DNA from: Trichormus sp. ATA11-4-KO1
GTDB taxonomy: Bacteria; Cyanobacteriota; Cyanobacteriia; Cyanobacteriales; Nostocaceae
Reading direction: 5' to 3'
DNA length: 64,000 nucleotides
NCBI GenBank assembly: GCA_019358915.1
Contig: JAHHIM010000073.1
Location: forward strand, 292,003-356,002
Shown: piece after piece, positions 1 to 9,629 of the stretch
How positions within the stretch are numbered: position 1 is the first letter of the stretch
Layout: every line of letters begins with the position of its first letter
Translations under genes and position numbers: made by a program
The notes under the pieces: generated by a model
Told to the model about the DNA's origin: nothing
Database searches by the model: none
The model's input: the letters and a program-made list of their open reading frames with translations, nothing else

Positions 1-21
1 GTGCAGCAGTCAAATCCCTAA

Positions 22-454
22 AACCACTCAATCTTAGACAACAAAGCCTTAAGTAATTGTGTGGAAGCTTTAGGAATTGCCAAATTCAGCGCCGCATTTT
101 GATTTGTGCTGAGCAAACAATTGCTGACTGCTGTTCAAAACAATTTAGTCTGGAATCCTGAGAATACTTGAAAAAGCGACAACTTCAAGAGCTAAAACTT
201 GATCGGCTGCATGACAGTCATTCCATGTGCATAATTAAAACTAAAGCCAATTGCTTGCGAGTTTGTTGTTCTAGACCGATAATAGTTTTCTACCCAGATG
301 GTGCCCGGTATCGCCAAGCAAACCCGGAAGTTATTGAGCGGATCATCCCAGAACACTGTAATCGGCAATTAAGGTGGTGGAAGAATATGCATTTTTAACC
401 CATCTTTTGCCGGATACTCCCCTACTTGCTTGTGAACATTTGATAAAGGCTTAA
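22..454 (+). pseudogene. Thioredoxin-like [2Fe-2S] ferredoxin pseudogene
   Basis: Pieced across frames: ALSNCVEALGIAK/fs/IQRRILICAEQTIADCCSKQFSLES*EYLKKR..KTKANCLRVCCSRPIIVFYPDG..EVIERIIPEH/fs/VIGN/fs/KVVEEYAFLTH. In-frame TGA at 159-161. The true start may lie before the window. Confidence 0.75.
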
Positions 455-777
455 CATCCGCAGGATATAGTAAAGCAGTAAGCCTATGAAAGTGCGGGTT
501 GTTTTGAAGTTAGGGTCATCTTGAGCCAATACGTAACTTGTGAATCGGAAAGATTATTATTTAATCAGTGTTTTTTCACCCGCCACTTTCAAAGCAATAT
601 ATAATAACGCATTATAAATACTACTGCTCTACGTATCCTTACCGGACATTTGCCAATGAGCTAGTAGTCTCACAGAAAGTGACCACCACTTTTGAGACTT
701 ATAGAAAACAAAGGCAAGTTAAGTGGGAACAGGACAACATCTCAACAATCCACCATAGAGGATAACCATTCAAGACC

Positions 778-1458
778 TTGATGGACCGAAGCGCGACAAG
801 TGCCACTGCTATGAAAGAGCCCAGCATGAAAGATCACAAACGACTTCTACTGATTGATGATGACCCTAACCTCATCTTGCTGGTGAAGGATTACCTGGAA
901 TTCAGAGGCTATGAAGTCAACACTGCCGAAAATGGACGAGAAGCTCTGGAAATTCTCGAACAAGATGTTCCAGACATGATTATCTGTGACGTAATGATGC
1001 CGGAAATGGACGGATATACTTTTGTAGAACAAGTCCGGCAAAACGAGCGTACTGGCTGGATTCCCGTCCTCTTCCTTTCAGCCAAAGGACAAAGTGCAGA
1101 CCGAGTTAAAGGTCTGAATAAAGGGGCTGATGTATATATGGTCAAGCCCTTTGAGCCGGAAGAACTCGTAGCGCAAGTAGAATCTTCACTGAAGCAAACT
1201 ATCCGTTGGAAAGAACACCAAGCCAAAGGAGGAGAAAACGGTTCCCGTATTCAGGTTCCCTTTGATGTGCAGTTAACCCCAACTGAACTGAAAGTAGTCC
1301 AGTTTGTTGCTAGAGGGTTAGCTAACCGGGAAATCGCTGAAGAATTAAACGTTAGTCAGCGCACAGTTGAAAGCCATGTGTCCAATATGTTGGGCAAAAC
1401 CAATCTCCACAACCGCACTGAACTAGCACGTTGGGCGATTGAAAATCAAATGGCTTAA
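778..1458 (+). CDS. orrA: NarL/LuxR-family response regulator (Rre1/Ycf29/OrrA type)
   Basis: REC domain (LLIDDD, DVMMPEMDG, KPF) plus LuxR HTH (LTPTELKVVQFVARGLANREIA); resembles Rre1 orthologues. Confidence 0.8.
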   Translation: MMDRSATSATAMKEPSMKDHKRLLLIDDDPNLILLVKDYLEFRGYEVNTAENGREALEILEQDVPDMIICDVMMPEMDGYTFVEQVRQNERTGWIPVLFLSAKGQSADRVKGLNKGADVYMVKPFEPEELVAQVESSLKQTIRWKEHQAKGGENGSRIQVPFDVQLTPTELKVVQFVARGLANREIAEELNVSQRTVESHVSNMLGKTNLHNRTELARWAIENQMA

Positions 1459-1462
1459 ATTT

Positions 1463-1520
1463 CTATCAGCATTCAGCCGTCAGCTTTTAAATGTTTAACC
1501 AACTGCTGACAGCTGATAGC
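1463..1520 (+). terminator. Imperfect hairpin after the response regulator
   Basis: ctatcagc..tcagc / gctgacagctgatag arms. Confidence 0.4.
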
Positions 1521-1882
1521 CACATCACAAGTCTTCTACTTTGGGGGGTGGATTGGTGAAAATTTTCTCTCTACAATTCATCCAAGTAAGTTAGAGCGCT
1601 TTGAATTGGGAACGTTTTCCACACAGTTCCAGCGTAAAGCATTACTACACCCCATTGAGCATTAGGCAACAATAAGACAGGGTACATTACACAAAGACGG
1701 CGGGAAAGCCTCTTCCTTCAATGGGTGAGAGAACCGTCACCCGCCGTCTTAAGTAATTTCATTAGTATTAATAACACCCCAAACTTGAGCATAGCCAAAG
1801 TCTGGGGATGTTAGCTTTCATCCTGATTGCTTTTCTAGGTAAGATTAAAATAGTTATGGTTAACTGTTTGGAAAATACAAAA

Positions 1883-1954
1883 AGCCCGTGACGAGGATTG
1901 AACTCGTGACCTCACCCTTACCAAGGGTGTGCTCTACCACTGAGCCACACGGGC
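1883..1954 (-). tRNA. tRNA-Thr(GGT)
   Basis: GCCCGTGTGGCTCAGTGGTAGAGCACACCCTTGGTAAGGGTGAGGTCACGAGTTCAATCCTCGTCACGGGCT cloverleaf. Confidence 0.97.
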
Positions 1955-2041
1955 AAAGATTAACTTTAATTTTAAATTTATGAGCTATAAATTTGTAAGC
2001 TTTACCAGTTACTCAGAAATTATAGCTCATAAACTTAGAAG

Positions 2042-2127
2042 TGGTGGGCCGGGCTGGATTTGAACCAGCGTAGGCGCTAGCCAACGGATTTACAGTCCGT
2101 CTCCATTAACCACTCGGACACCGACCC
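2042..2127 (-). tRNA. tRNA-Tyr(GTA), CCA encoded
   Basis: GGGTCGGTGTCCGAGTGGTTAATGGAGACGGACTGTAAATCCG..GGTTCAAATCCAGCCCGGCCCACCA, with long variable arm. Confidence 0.97.
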
Positions 2128-2192
2128 ATTTGTCTCACGATTATCAATCTTAGCACCAGGCTTGAGAAATTGCAACAACTTAAAAAATTTAT

Positions 2193-2224
2193 AGAAACTG
2201 GGTTTTTCCACAAACCCAGTTTCT
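2193..2224 (-). terminator. Hairpin downstream of ABC transporter
   Basis: agaaactgggttt-ttccac-aaacccagtttct perfect inverted repeat. Confidence 0.7.
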
Positions 2225-2229
2225 GATTA

Positions 2230-4050
2230 CTAACTCAGAAATTCTCCGGTTTCTTGCAGGGAGTGCAAGCGGCGGTATATGCCCTCATGACGTAAAAGTT
2301 CATCGTGACTACCCACTTCTGCAATCCTTCCTTGATCGAGAACCACAATCTGGTCTGCTTCCCGTACTGTACTCAGACGGTGAGCAATGACAATTGTGGT
2401 GCAAGTTCCCTGAATTGATCGCATCGCCAATTGAATTGCTCGCTCAGACTCATAATCTAAGCTAGAGGTCGCTTCGTCAAAAATTAGCACATCTGGTTCT
2501 ACTAACAACGCCCTGGCAATTCCCAAGCGCTGTCTTTGTCCCCCAGATAACCTGACACCACGTTCCCCGACAACGGTGTAATAACCTTGAGGTAAGTGTT
2601 CTAAAACTTCATCAACTCTGGCAATCCGACAGGCTTCTTTGACTTGTTCCAGACTGGCATTTGGTCTGCCATAAGTGAGGTTATCCAATACAGTACCATT
2701 GAAAACATCTACTTCTTGGTGAACGATCGCTAACCTGCGCCTATAGTTACCTACATCCAAGGTGCGAATATCTTGACCATCAATCAAAATCTGACCTTCT
2801 TGAGGTTCAAAATACCGCAACAGCAGTTTTACTAAGGTAGACTTACCAGAACCGGAACGTCCGACTAATGCCACTGTTTGGTATGGTTCAATCAATAAGT
2901 TGATATCTTGTAAAACTTGACGGCTATCATCATAGCCAAAACTGACGTGCGACAACTCAATTTTTCCAGTAAATTTATAGGATGAACCTGCTTGAATTTC
3001 CTCTTCTAAAAGAGTAGCTGAATCGGCTGCAATTGGTTCTTGGAGAAATTCATGAAACCGCAACATTGAGGAATAACGGCGGGCAAAAACTTCTGCCAGA
3101 TTACTAATAGGTTCTAACTCAGAATATGCCATGCTAGAAAGAGTTAAGGTCATAATAAAATGACCCAGAGAAATCCTCCCATCTACTGTTGCCGCTAAAG
3201 TTAAACTCAATATTGCAAACACGCAAAACTGAATTACAGCCTTTTGCCAAGTTATCAGTTTCACATAACCTTTGTGGATACGATGATCCACCACCGTGAA
3301 CTCACGATTCAAACGTTGCTTTTGGCGTTTTAGTTCATTGGCTTCGGTGGCAAATGCTTTCACAGTTTTGATATTAGTGATTAATTCGGAAGTCCGACTT
3401 TCGGTGCTTTCCATGTATTTATCCAGGCGACTTTCGTGCCAAATTATCCGTCGCAAGGTCTTTAAGGTAAAGCTGAGGATAACTACAAAGGAAATCAGAT
3501 ATAAAATCGCAATCCGCCACTCAATTAACAAGATAAACACAAAAATTCCCACTACACGAACTAGTTTAGGGATTAACTGTCCGGCAATTTCGGGATATGT
3601 CCAAGTGTGGTTAGCAAGACCTCTAGCTACTCTTCCGGAAATGCGTCCGGGGTTATTTTCATCATAAAATTCCAGTGGGAGAGTGAGAATTTTGGCTATA
3701 GCTGTTTGAGTCTGATCTCGACGTGCCCTTAAGGGTATATCCCAGTGAAACCAACTGGTCATCCAAGGCTGAGTGGGCGCTTTGACTACGGTGACTAAAA
3801 AAATCAACCCCAGTAATACACCCAAAGATAGAGGCTTATTAACTGGGTAATTGGTAAATTCTGCAATATTGGCGATCGCACTTTGCAGTGGTCTATCCAA
3901 AGGTTGGTCAGACAAAACGTTTAAAATCTGCCCAATCGCGTAAGGAACAACCAAATCAATAATTTCGTAAATGCTGGATGCAGTAATACTGAAAACACTC
4001 AGCCTCCAGTCGGGACGAAAGTAATTGAGAATATCTCGAAATTTTGCCAT
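2230..4050 (-). CDS. ABC exporter, fused permease/ATP-binding protein
   Basis: TM domain plus GRSGSGKS, LSGGQRQR, LIFDEATSSLD; start taken at MAKFRD. Confidence 0.92.
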   Translation of the reverse strand: MAKFRDILNYFRPDWRLSVFSITASSIYEIIDLVVPYAIGQILNVLSDQPLDRPLQSAIANIAEFTNYPVNKPLSLGVLLGLIFLVTVVKAPTQPWMTSWFHWDIPLRARRDQTQTAIAKILTLPLEFYDENNPGRISGRVARGLANHTWTYPEIAGQLIPKLVRVVGIFVFILLIEWRIAILYLISFVVILSFTLKTLRRIIWHESRLDKYMESTESRTSELITNIKTVKAFATEANELKRQKQRLNREFTVVDHRIHKGYVKLITWQKAVIQFCVFAILSLTLAATVDGRISLGHFIMTLTLSSMAYSELEPISNLAEVFARRYSSMLRFHEFLQEPIAADSATLLEEEIQAGSSYKFTGKIELSHVSFGYDDSRQVLQDINLLIEPYQTVALVGRSGSGKSTLVKLLLRYFEPQEGQILIDGQDIRTLDVGNYRRRLAIVHQEVDVFNGTVLDNLTYGRPNASLEQVKEACRIARVDEVLEHLPQGYYTVVGERGVRLSGGQRQRLGIARALLVEPDVLIFDEATSSLDYESERAIQLAMRSIQGTCTTIVIAHRLSTVREADQIVVLDQGRIAEVGSHDELLRHEGIYRRLHSLQETGEFLS

Positions 4051-4138
4051 GATGCACACCGTCCAAGAGCGCGGGCGTTAGCTTGGAATACTTATACTAC
4101 ATATGTAATATAATGTAGTCAAGTGCTACTCCACTAAA

Positions 4139-4700
4139 TCATTCTTGAGGAGTAGTGGGTAGTGGTGGGAAAAATTCTAGGCGATAGCGATAAAGGGCAA
4201 CTGGACGAGAATTCGCCGCAAAATAATCTGGGTCTTGGGGTGAAAGATAAACAGCAGTAACTTGATCCGCTTCGATGGTAGGTTGAGATGTAGAAAGTTG
4301 GTGGTAAGCAGTGGTAGATTCGACCGAATTAAAATAGGGACGTGAATCGCCTTTAAATAGTTGTTGAAATACTTCTGAGGTAATGAACTGACCATCTGAA
4401 TTCGTTTCAGTAGCAGGTGCAGTGACGATGGAAACTAATTGGCGTTCACCGCGCAAAAGGGTAATTTGACGATTAGGTGAATTTGGATCTACTTTGACTG
4501 ATAACACAGCTGCATCCCCTAAATAGGCCCTAGCCAAATTCAAGCTATTAAATGCTCTATCTGCCACCAAAATTGATGATTTATTATCTATCTGAGGGAT
4601 GAGTTTTAACTCAGTAATCGGGTGTTTTGCTGGAATAAAACGTACTAAGAAACTCACAGGCTGATTGAGTTGTTGGCGATTAGCTTCAAAGCCAGGGGTG
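4139..4700 (-). pseudogene. 5'-truncated conserved cyanobacterial protein (DUF6816-like)
   Basis: Family-like TPGFEANRQQLNQPVSFLVRF continues upstream of the GTG, then hits an in-frame TAG with no ATG. C-terminal YLSPQDPDYF..RPVALYRYRL is intact. Confidence 0.55.
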
Positions 4701-4803
4701 TAGAAAAAGATACTAGTGCGGGACTAGCGATCACCTTGACAACGCTGGCAGAGATATTAGCTAACAGAATATCAATACACTCTATTAGCTAATATCACTA
4801 CAT

Positions 4804-5220
4804 TCATAAAGTTTCAATTGGTAAAGGTTGCCAAACTTCCCCATATTGTTCTCGTAGAGACTGCCAAGCTTCCACTTGACCTGGTTCGTATTCTCCCGGT
4901 TTACCCCATTGTAAAAACAAGCTTAAAGCAGGTTCTTTTGTCTCATCTAAAAAGCGGATAGCATAAGTAGTAAAGTTGCCTCTTTTTGCTTCACCAGTTT
5001 CAAATTTTATCTGAGTAATTTTGTCCATATTCAAGTGAAACTCAAAGTTTTCTGTGTGCAGATTCGCATACTTACCTTTGAGCAATTCGGCATAAAATAG
5101 TTTTTCTATCTTGCCGCGAGCTTCTAATACAGCAGCGCTGCTAGTGACAATAATCCGTAAAGTTCCCAGATTTTCACAAGCTTCTAAAAAGTCTTTTACA
5201 TTTTTATTCATAATCAGCAA
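4804..5220 (-). CDS. ChuX/HutX-family heme-binding protein
   Basis: LGTLRIIVTSSAAVLE, EFHLNMDKI, YAIRFLD motifs. Confidence 0.8.
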   Translation of the reverse strand: MLIMNKNVKDFLEACENLGTLRIIVTSSAAVLEARGKIEKLFYAELLKGKYANLHTENFEFHLNMDKITQIKFETGEAKRGNFTTYAIRFLDETKEPALSLFLQWGKPGEYEPGQVEAWQSLREQYGEVWQPLPIETL

Positions 5221-5288
5221 TTAGTTATCAGGTTTTGCAATTAGTCCAGGTTTGGAAAAGTTTCAGAAACCACAGATAATTTTCTATT

Positions 5289-6242
5289 TTATCTTTCGTA
5301 TTTTTCATAAGCAGCAACAATGCGCTGAACTAGAGGATGACGCACGACATCTTGTTGGGTGAATTCGCAAAAGCTAATGCCTTCAACATTTTTGAGGACT
5401 TGTAAAGCCACTGCTAATCCTGATTTTTGGTTCAGGGGTAAATCAGTTTGTGTCGTGTCTCCTGTAATTACCATCCGGGAACGAAAGCCTAAACGAGTTA
5501 ACACCATTTTCATTTGAGCGGGTGTAGTATTTTGGGCTTCATCGACAATTACAAAGGCATGATTGAGCGTGCGTCCACGCATATAGGCGAGTGGTGCGAC
5601 TTCAATCACTCCACGTTCTATTAAATTAGGGACTTTTTCTTGATCGATGAATTCATAAATAGCATCGTAAAGTGGGCGGAGATAGGGGTTGACTTTTTGT
5701 TGTAAATCTCCGGGCAAAAATCCGAGTTTTTCCCCAGCTTCCACGGCAGGACGAGTTAAAATTAGCTTTTCTACTTGGTTATTTAAAAGTGCTTGCACAG
5801 CAACGACAACCGCGAGGTATGTTTTACCTGTACCAGCAGGCCCGATGCAAAATGTCAAGTCACGCTTACGGATATCCTCAATGTACTGTCGTTGGCGAAA
5901 AGTTTTGGCCCGAATTTCTTCACCTCGACGAGTTTTGGCCAGGACATCTCGCTGTAATTCTTGAAGTTCCCCTTGCCGATGGTTATCTAAGGCTTGACGG
6001 GCTGTTAAGATATCGGCACTGGAAATTGTATTGCCTTTAATCCAGATTTCTTCAAGCGATCGCACTAATTGCGCTGCCAAATGAATTTGCGCTTCTGTGC
6101 CAGCAATGTGTAGTTCTTGCCCGCGTAGGACTAAACTAGCTCCTGTTTGTCGGGATAAGATTTTCAGGTTTTCTTCCCGATCACCGGCTAGAGCGATCGC
6201 ACTGGAAATATTAGGCAGCTGAATTGTTAAGGCATCTGCCAT
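5289..6242 (-). CDS. phoH: PhoH-family ATPase
   Basis: GPAGTGKT, RPAVEAGEKLGFLPGD, RGRTL, DEAQN. Confidence 0.95.
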   Translation of the reverse strand: MADALTIQLPNISSAIALAGDREENLKILSRQTGASLVLRGQELHIAGTEAQIHLAAQLVRSLEEIWIKGNTISSADILTARQALDNHRQGELQELQRDVLAKTRRGEEIRAKTFRQRQYIEDIRKRDLTFCIGPAGTGKTYLAVVVAVQALLNNQVEKLILTRPAVEAGEKLGFLPGDLQQKVNPYLRPLYDAIYEFIDQEKVPNLIERGVIEVAPLAYMRGRTLNHAFVIVDEAQNTTPAQMKMVLTRLGFRSRMVITGDTTQTDLPLNQKSGLAVALQVLKNVEGISFCEFTQQDVVRHPLVQRIVAAYEKYER

Positions 6243-6295
6243 AAGTATTTATTTCTTAATTTCTGAAGTGCAGTTTTTGACAACAAAGGTCATAC

Positions 6296-6371
6296 CATTT
6301 TTAATCTTTAATTTTTAATCTTTAATTTTTAATTTGAAATATCTGAGCGGAGTTAACTTCCACCGCTCAGA
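6296..6371. repeat. Heptamer run (ytttaat) followed by a hairpin
   Basis: ttttaatctttaatttttaatctttaat..; tctgagcgg..ccgctcaga at 6342-6371. Confidence 0.6.
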
Positions 6372-6385
6372 CTTTCGCTTGTTAA

Positions 6386-6817
6386 CTAGCGAATTCGAGG
6401 TTTCACAATTGGTCTAGGCCCATCCGCTAGTTTGTCTCGGGTTTTTGGTGCTGGCGATCGCTCTTCCCGATCTTCATCAAAAGACATCCCATCTCGTCCC
6501 GGAGCATTGCTGCCGTAGATATCCAGGTATACTGATTGCCCGGCAAGTTCCGCAGCAGCAGCAATTACTGTCCTAATTGCCTGGATATTGCGTCCCCCTC
6601 GACCAAACACTTTCCCCTTATCTGTGCTTTCAAAGGCGATGCGAATCCAAGCCCGTTTGAGGGTGGGAGAAATTTCACAATCAACACTTAAAGTCTTGGG
6701 AGATTCTAAAAATGGTTGCATCAAAAACTTAACTAGCCCAACGTAGTTGGGACTAGCTGTGGGGGATGGCATTTTGGCTTTAGGATGCGGCTGTGGCACT
6801 GACCTGTTCAAAAACAT
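6386..6817 (-). CDS. khpA: KH-domain RNA-binding protein (KhpA type)
   Basis: [17 protein letters not shown]xxG loop; follows rpsP. Confidence 0.85.
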   Translation of the reverse strand: MFLNRSVPQPHPKAKMPSPTASPNYVGLVKFLMQPFLESPKTLSVDCEISPTLKRAWIRIAFESTDKGKVFGRGGRNIQAIRTVIAAAAELAGQSVYLDIYGSNAPGRDGMSFDEDREERSPAPKTRDKLADGPRPIVKPRIR

Positions 6818-7040
6818 TGGCTTTTACTAAGATGCTACGGACGGTATCAGTAGGTTGAGCGCCTTGTTGTAGTCGCTTGACGATACCGGGAACATCTAGT
6901 CGCACTTCATCGGTTCTAGGGTTGTAGAATCCTAGTTCTTCTAGGGGACGGCCATCGCGGCGAGCAAGGCTGTTAATGGCGATAATGCGGTAACTTGCTT
7001 CCCGCTTTTTGCCGTATCGCTTCAAGCGCAATTTGATCAT
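6780..7040 (-). CDS. rpsP: 30S ribosomal protein S16
   Basis: [31 protein letters not shown] at 7040. Confidence 0.97.
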   Translation of the reverse strand: MIKLRLKRYGKKREASYRIIAINSLARRDGRPLEELGFYNPRTDEVRLDVPGIVKRLQQGAQPTDTVRSILVKANVFEQVSATAAS

Positions 7041-7199
7041 GGTTGAGGAATTGTTCTCTTGTTTGTAGGTATGAGTTGGCAAAGAAGTAACCTGACTCGG
7101 GCTGCCGAGAAATTGCAGGTGATCCGCCTCTGCTCATAAATTCTAGTGTGGAAATGCTAATTTTAGCACTTGCCTAGCATTTGCTGCTATGAGTTAGTT

Positions 7200-8666
7200 T
7201 TAAAGATTGCCGAAGCCTTTCTTCTTCTTATCTTTGCTCTTTTTCTTTTTCGTGGTTGCGCCGCTATTGTAACCCCGCCATCCAGGGGCAGAGGGACGAT
7301 TGCCAGCACCTGCGAAGGCGTTTCCGCCACCGCCAAACATGCCTGGCATTCCCGGCATTCCTGGCATTTGGCCTTGACCCATTTGCTGCATGAGCGATCG
7401 CATTTTCTGGAAATCACCCACCAATTTACTCACGTCTGCTTCTCTATAGCCAGATCCCTTGGCAATCCGTCGCCGCCGACTGGGTGAACTAGCTAATAAA
7501 TCGGGGTCGTGGCGTTCTTGACGAGTCATGGAGTTAATCATGGCTTCGCAACGCTTTAGCTGGGTTTCTCCCTGCTTGAGCTGGTCATCTGAGAGCTTGT
7601 TCATCCCGGGAATCATCTTCATGATGCCTCCCAGTGACCCCATATTTTTCAGCAAGCGTAACTGTTTGAGAAAGTCGGTAAAGTCAAACTTCGCTGACAG
7701 GATTTTCTCCTGCATTTTTTCAGCATCTGCTAAATCAAATTCTTCCTGGGCTTTTTCTACCAGGGTGAGAACATCACCCATTCCCAGAATCCGCGAAGCC
7801 ATACGGTCAGGATAAAACGGTTGTAGTGCTTCGACTTTCTCGCCCACGCCGACAAATTTAATCGGCGCTCCCGAAATTTGCCGCACTGATAGCGCTGCAC
7901 CGCCACGGCTATCACCATCCAACTTGGTGAGAATTGCCCCAGTTATGCCAATTTGTTCGTGGAAGGTACGAGTCAGGTTTGCTGCCTCTTGACCAGTCAT
8001 AGAATCCACAACTAGCAGAGTTTCATGGGGTTGGACAGTTTCTTTGATGCGGGCTAATTCCGCCATCATATCTTCGTCGATTTGCAGACGACCAGCCGTA
8101 TCAATAATGACTGTGTTTACACCTTCTGCCCTGCCACGTTCTACACCCTGACGGGCAATTTCTACTGGGTCTGCATCGCTACCCAGATCAAAAACTGGCA
8201 CGTTAATTTGCTTACCTAACGTCACCAGCTGGTCAATCGCGGCTGGGCGATATACGTCTGTTGCTACCAATAAACAGCTACGCTCTAACTTACGTAAATG
8301 TAAAGCTAACTTAGCAGTGGCTGTGGTTTTACCAGTACCTTGTAAACCAGCCATTAACACGATTGTGGGTTGTTCTTCGGCTGCTGCTAAGGGCACATTT
8401 TCTTTCCCCATTACCTGTACCAACTCATCGTGAACAATTTTGATGAACTGTTGGTCAGGTCGCACGCCAGCCAGCACATCGGCTCCCTGTGCTTTGGCTT
8501 CGACTTCACTAATAAAATCTTTAACTACCTGGAGATTGACATCAGCCTCCAACAAGGCGCGGCGTACTTCCCGCAAAGCGTCTTGAATATTGGATTGAGA
8601 TATTTTGTCCTGTCCCCGCAGTTTCTTCCAGGCACTTTCTAAACGGTCAGATAAAGCATCAAACAT
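7200..8666 (-). CDS. ffh: Signal recognition particle protein
   Basis: GLQGTGKTT, DTAGR, TKLDGDSRGG, Met-rich C-terminus. Confidence 0.98.
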   Translation of the reverse strand: MFDALSDRLESAWKKLRGQDKISQSNIQDALREVRRALLEADVNLQVVKDFISEVEAKAQGADVLAGVRPDQQFIKIVHDELVQVMGKENVPLAAAEEQPTIVLMAGLQGTGKTTATAKLALHLRKLERSCLLVATDVYRPAAIDQLVTLGKQINVPVFDLGSDADPVEIARQGVERGRAEGVNTVIIDTAGRLQIDEDMMAELARIKETVQPHETLLVVDSMTGQEAANLTRTFHEQIGITGAILTKLDGDSRGGAALSVRQISGAPIKFVGVGEKVEALQPFYPDRMASRILGMGDVLTLVEKAQEEFDLADAEKMQEKILSAKFDFTDFLKQLRLLKNMGSLGGIMKMIPGMNKLSDDQLKQGETQLKRCEAMINSMTRQERHDPDLLASSPSRRRRIAKGSGYREADVSKLVGDFQKMRSLMQQMGQGQMPGMPGMPGMFGGGGNAFAGAGNRPSAPGWRGYNSGATTKKKKSKDKKKKGFGNL

Positions 8667-8872
8667 AATGTAATTACAGGTAGTTCGCCAGTAGGTAAAA
8701 TTGCACCGCCCATGAATGCGATTCAGATTTTCCGCTCAAGTTTTAACGTGCTATTTACCAGCTTAGTAGTTTTCACCCCGACTTGAACAACCGGATACGT
8801 ACCTTTCTTGAGGTGGCAAACCGTCTTTTGGGTGTAAGTTCTGATTTTTATCTCAAACCCATAGCTTTTTGC

Positions 8873-8901
8873 TGACAAATCTCAAAATATGTTAGTTGTT
8901 A
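8873..8901. promoter_or_regulatory. Candidate TetR operator, copy 1
   Basis: TGACAAATCTCAAAATATGTTAGTTGTTA; related copies at 9526 and 9594. Confidence 0.6.
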
Positions 8902-8925
8902 ACTTTATGAAGTTACAGATAAACG

Positions 8926-9528
8926 ATGGAGTCAGCCGAGCATCCAGCCCAAAAAACTCGTGAATTAATATTAGCAACCGCAGAAGCTCATTTGCGACGT
9001 TACGGTTATGCACGAACCACCGTTAGCGAAATTGCTCGTGCTTGCAAAATGTCTCACGCCAATGTGTATCGGTTTTTCAAAACCAAAGCCGAGATAATTG
9101 ACGCAGTAATTGAGCGATGGCTGACTGGAATTGAACAAGCTTTAAGCGCGATCGCTAATCAACAAAACTCTGCCTATGAACGACTCTACGCTTATGTTCT
9201 AGAGTTACATCGGATTAAACGGGCAAAACTTTCGAATGATGTGGAACTCTTTGAAGCTCTCATTGCCATTGTGGAGGCAGACCGGCAAGTAGTAGAACAG
9301 CATTTACGTAGATTAAATTCTATTCTTCAAGAAATTCTTGTCAGTGGAGTGCAGCGCGGCGAATTCCGAATTAAGAATATCGAGCAAGCCACCACAGCCG
9401 TTAGTGCTGCAACTATAAAGTTCCATCATCCCCTGATGATCAAAGAATCCTGGGATGAGGCAACAGAACAACAAATATACACAGTGGTTAAACTTTTAAC
9501 AACATCTCTAGCTGCTGGCTGTATATAA
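8926..9528 (+). CDS. TetR/AcrR-family regulator
   Basis: GYARTTVSEIARACKMSHANVYRFFKTK HTH. Confidence 0.93.
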   Translation: MESAEHPAQKTRELILATAEAHLRRYGYARTTVSEIARACKMSHANVYRFFKTKAEIIDAVIERWLTGIEQALSAIANQQNSAYERLYAYVLELHRIKRAKLSNDVELFEALIAIVEADRQVVEQHLRRLNSILQEILVSGVQRGEFRIKNIEQATTAVSAATIKFHHPLMIKESWDEATEQQIYTVVKLLTTSLAAGCI

Positions 9529-9622
9529 CAGATTTTAAAATTTGTAAGTTGTCATTATTCTTTGTGTACGATAGGATGCATTTAGTCATTTAATGACAAA
9601 TTTCAAAATTTGCAAGTTGTTA
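9526..9622. promoter_or_regulatory. Candidate TetR operators, copies 2 (9526-9554) and 3 (9594-9622)
   Basis: TAACAGATTTTAAAATTTGTAAGTTGTCA and TGACAAATTTCAAAATTTGCAAGTTGTTA. Confidence 0.6.
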
Positions 9623-9629
9623 TGAAGCC

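Noticed and set aside
847..1226. Antisense or alternate-frame ORFs inside known genes (here and throughout the track)
   Set aside because: Shadows of well-supported genes with no motifs
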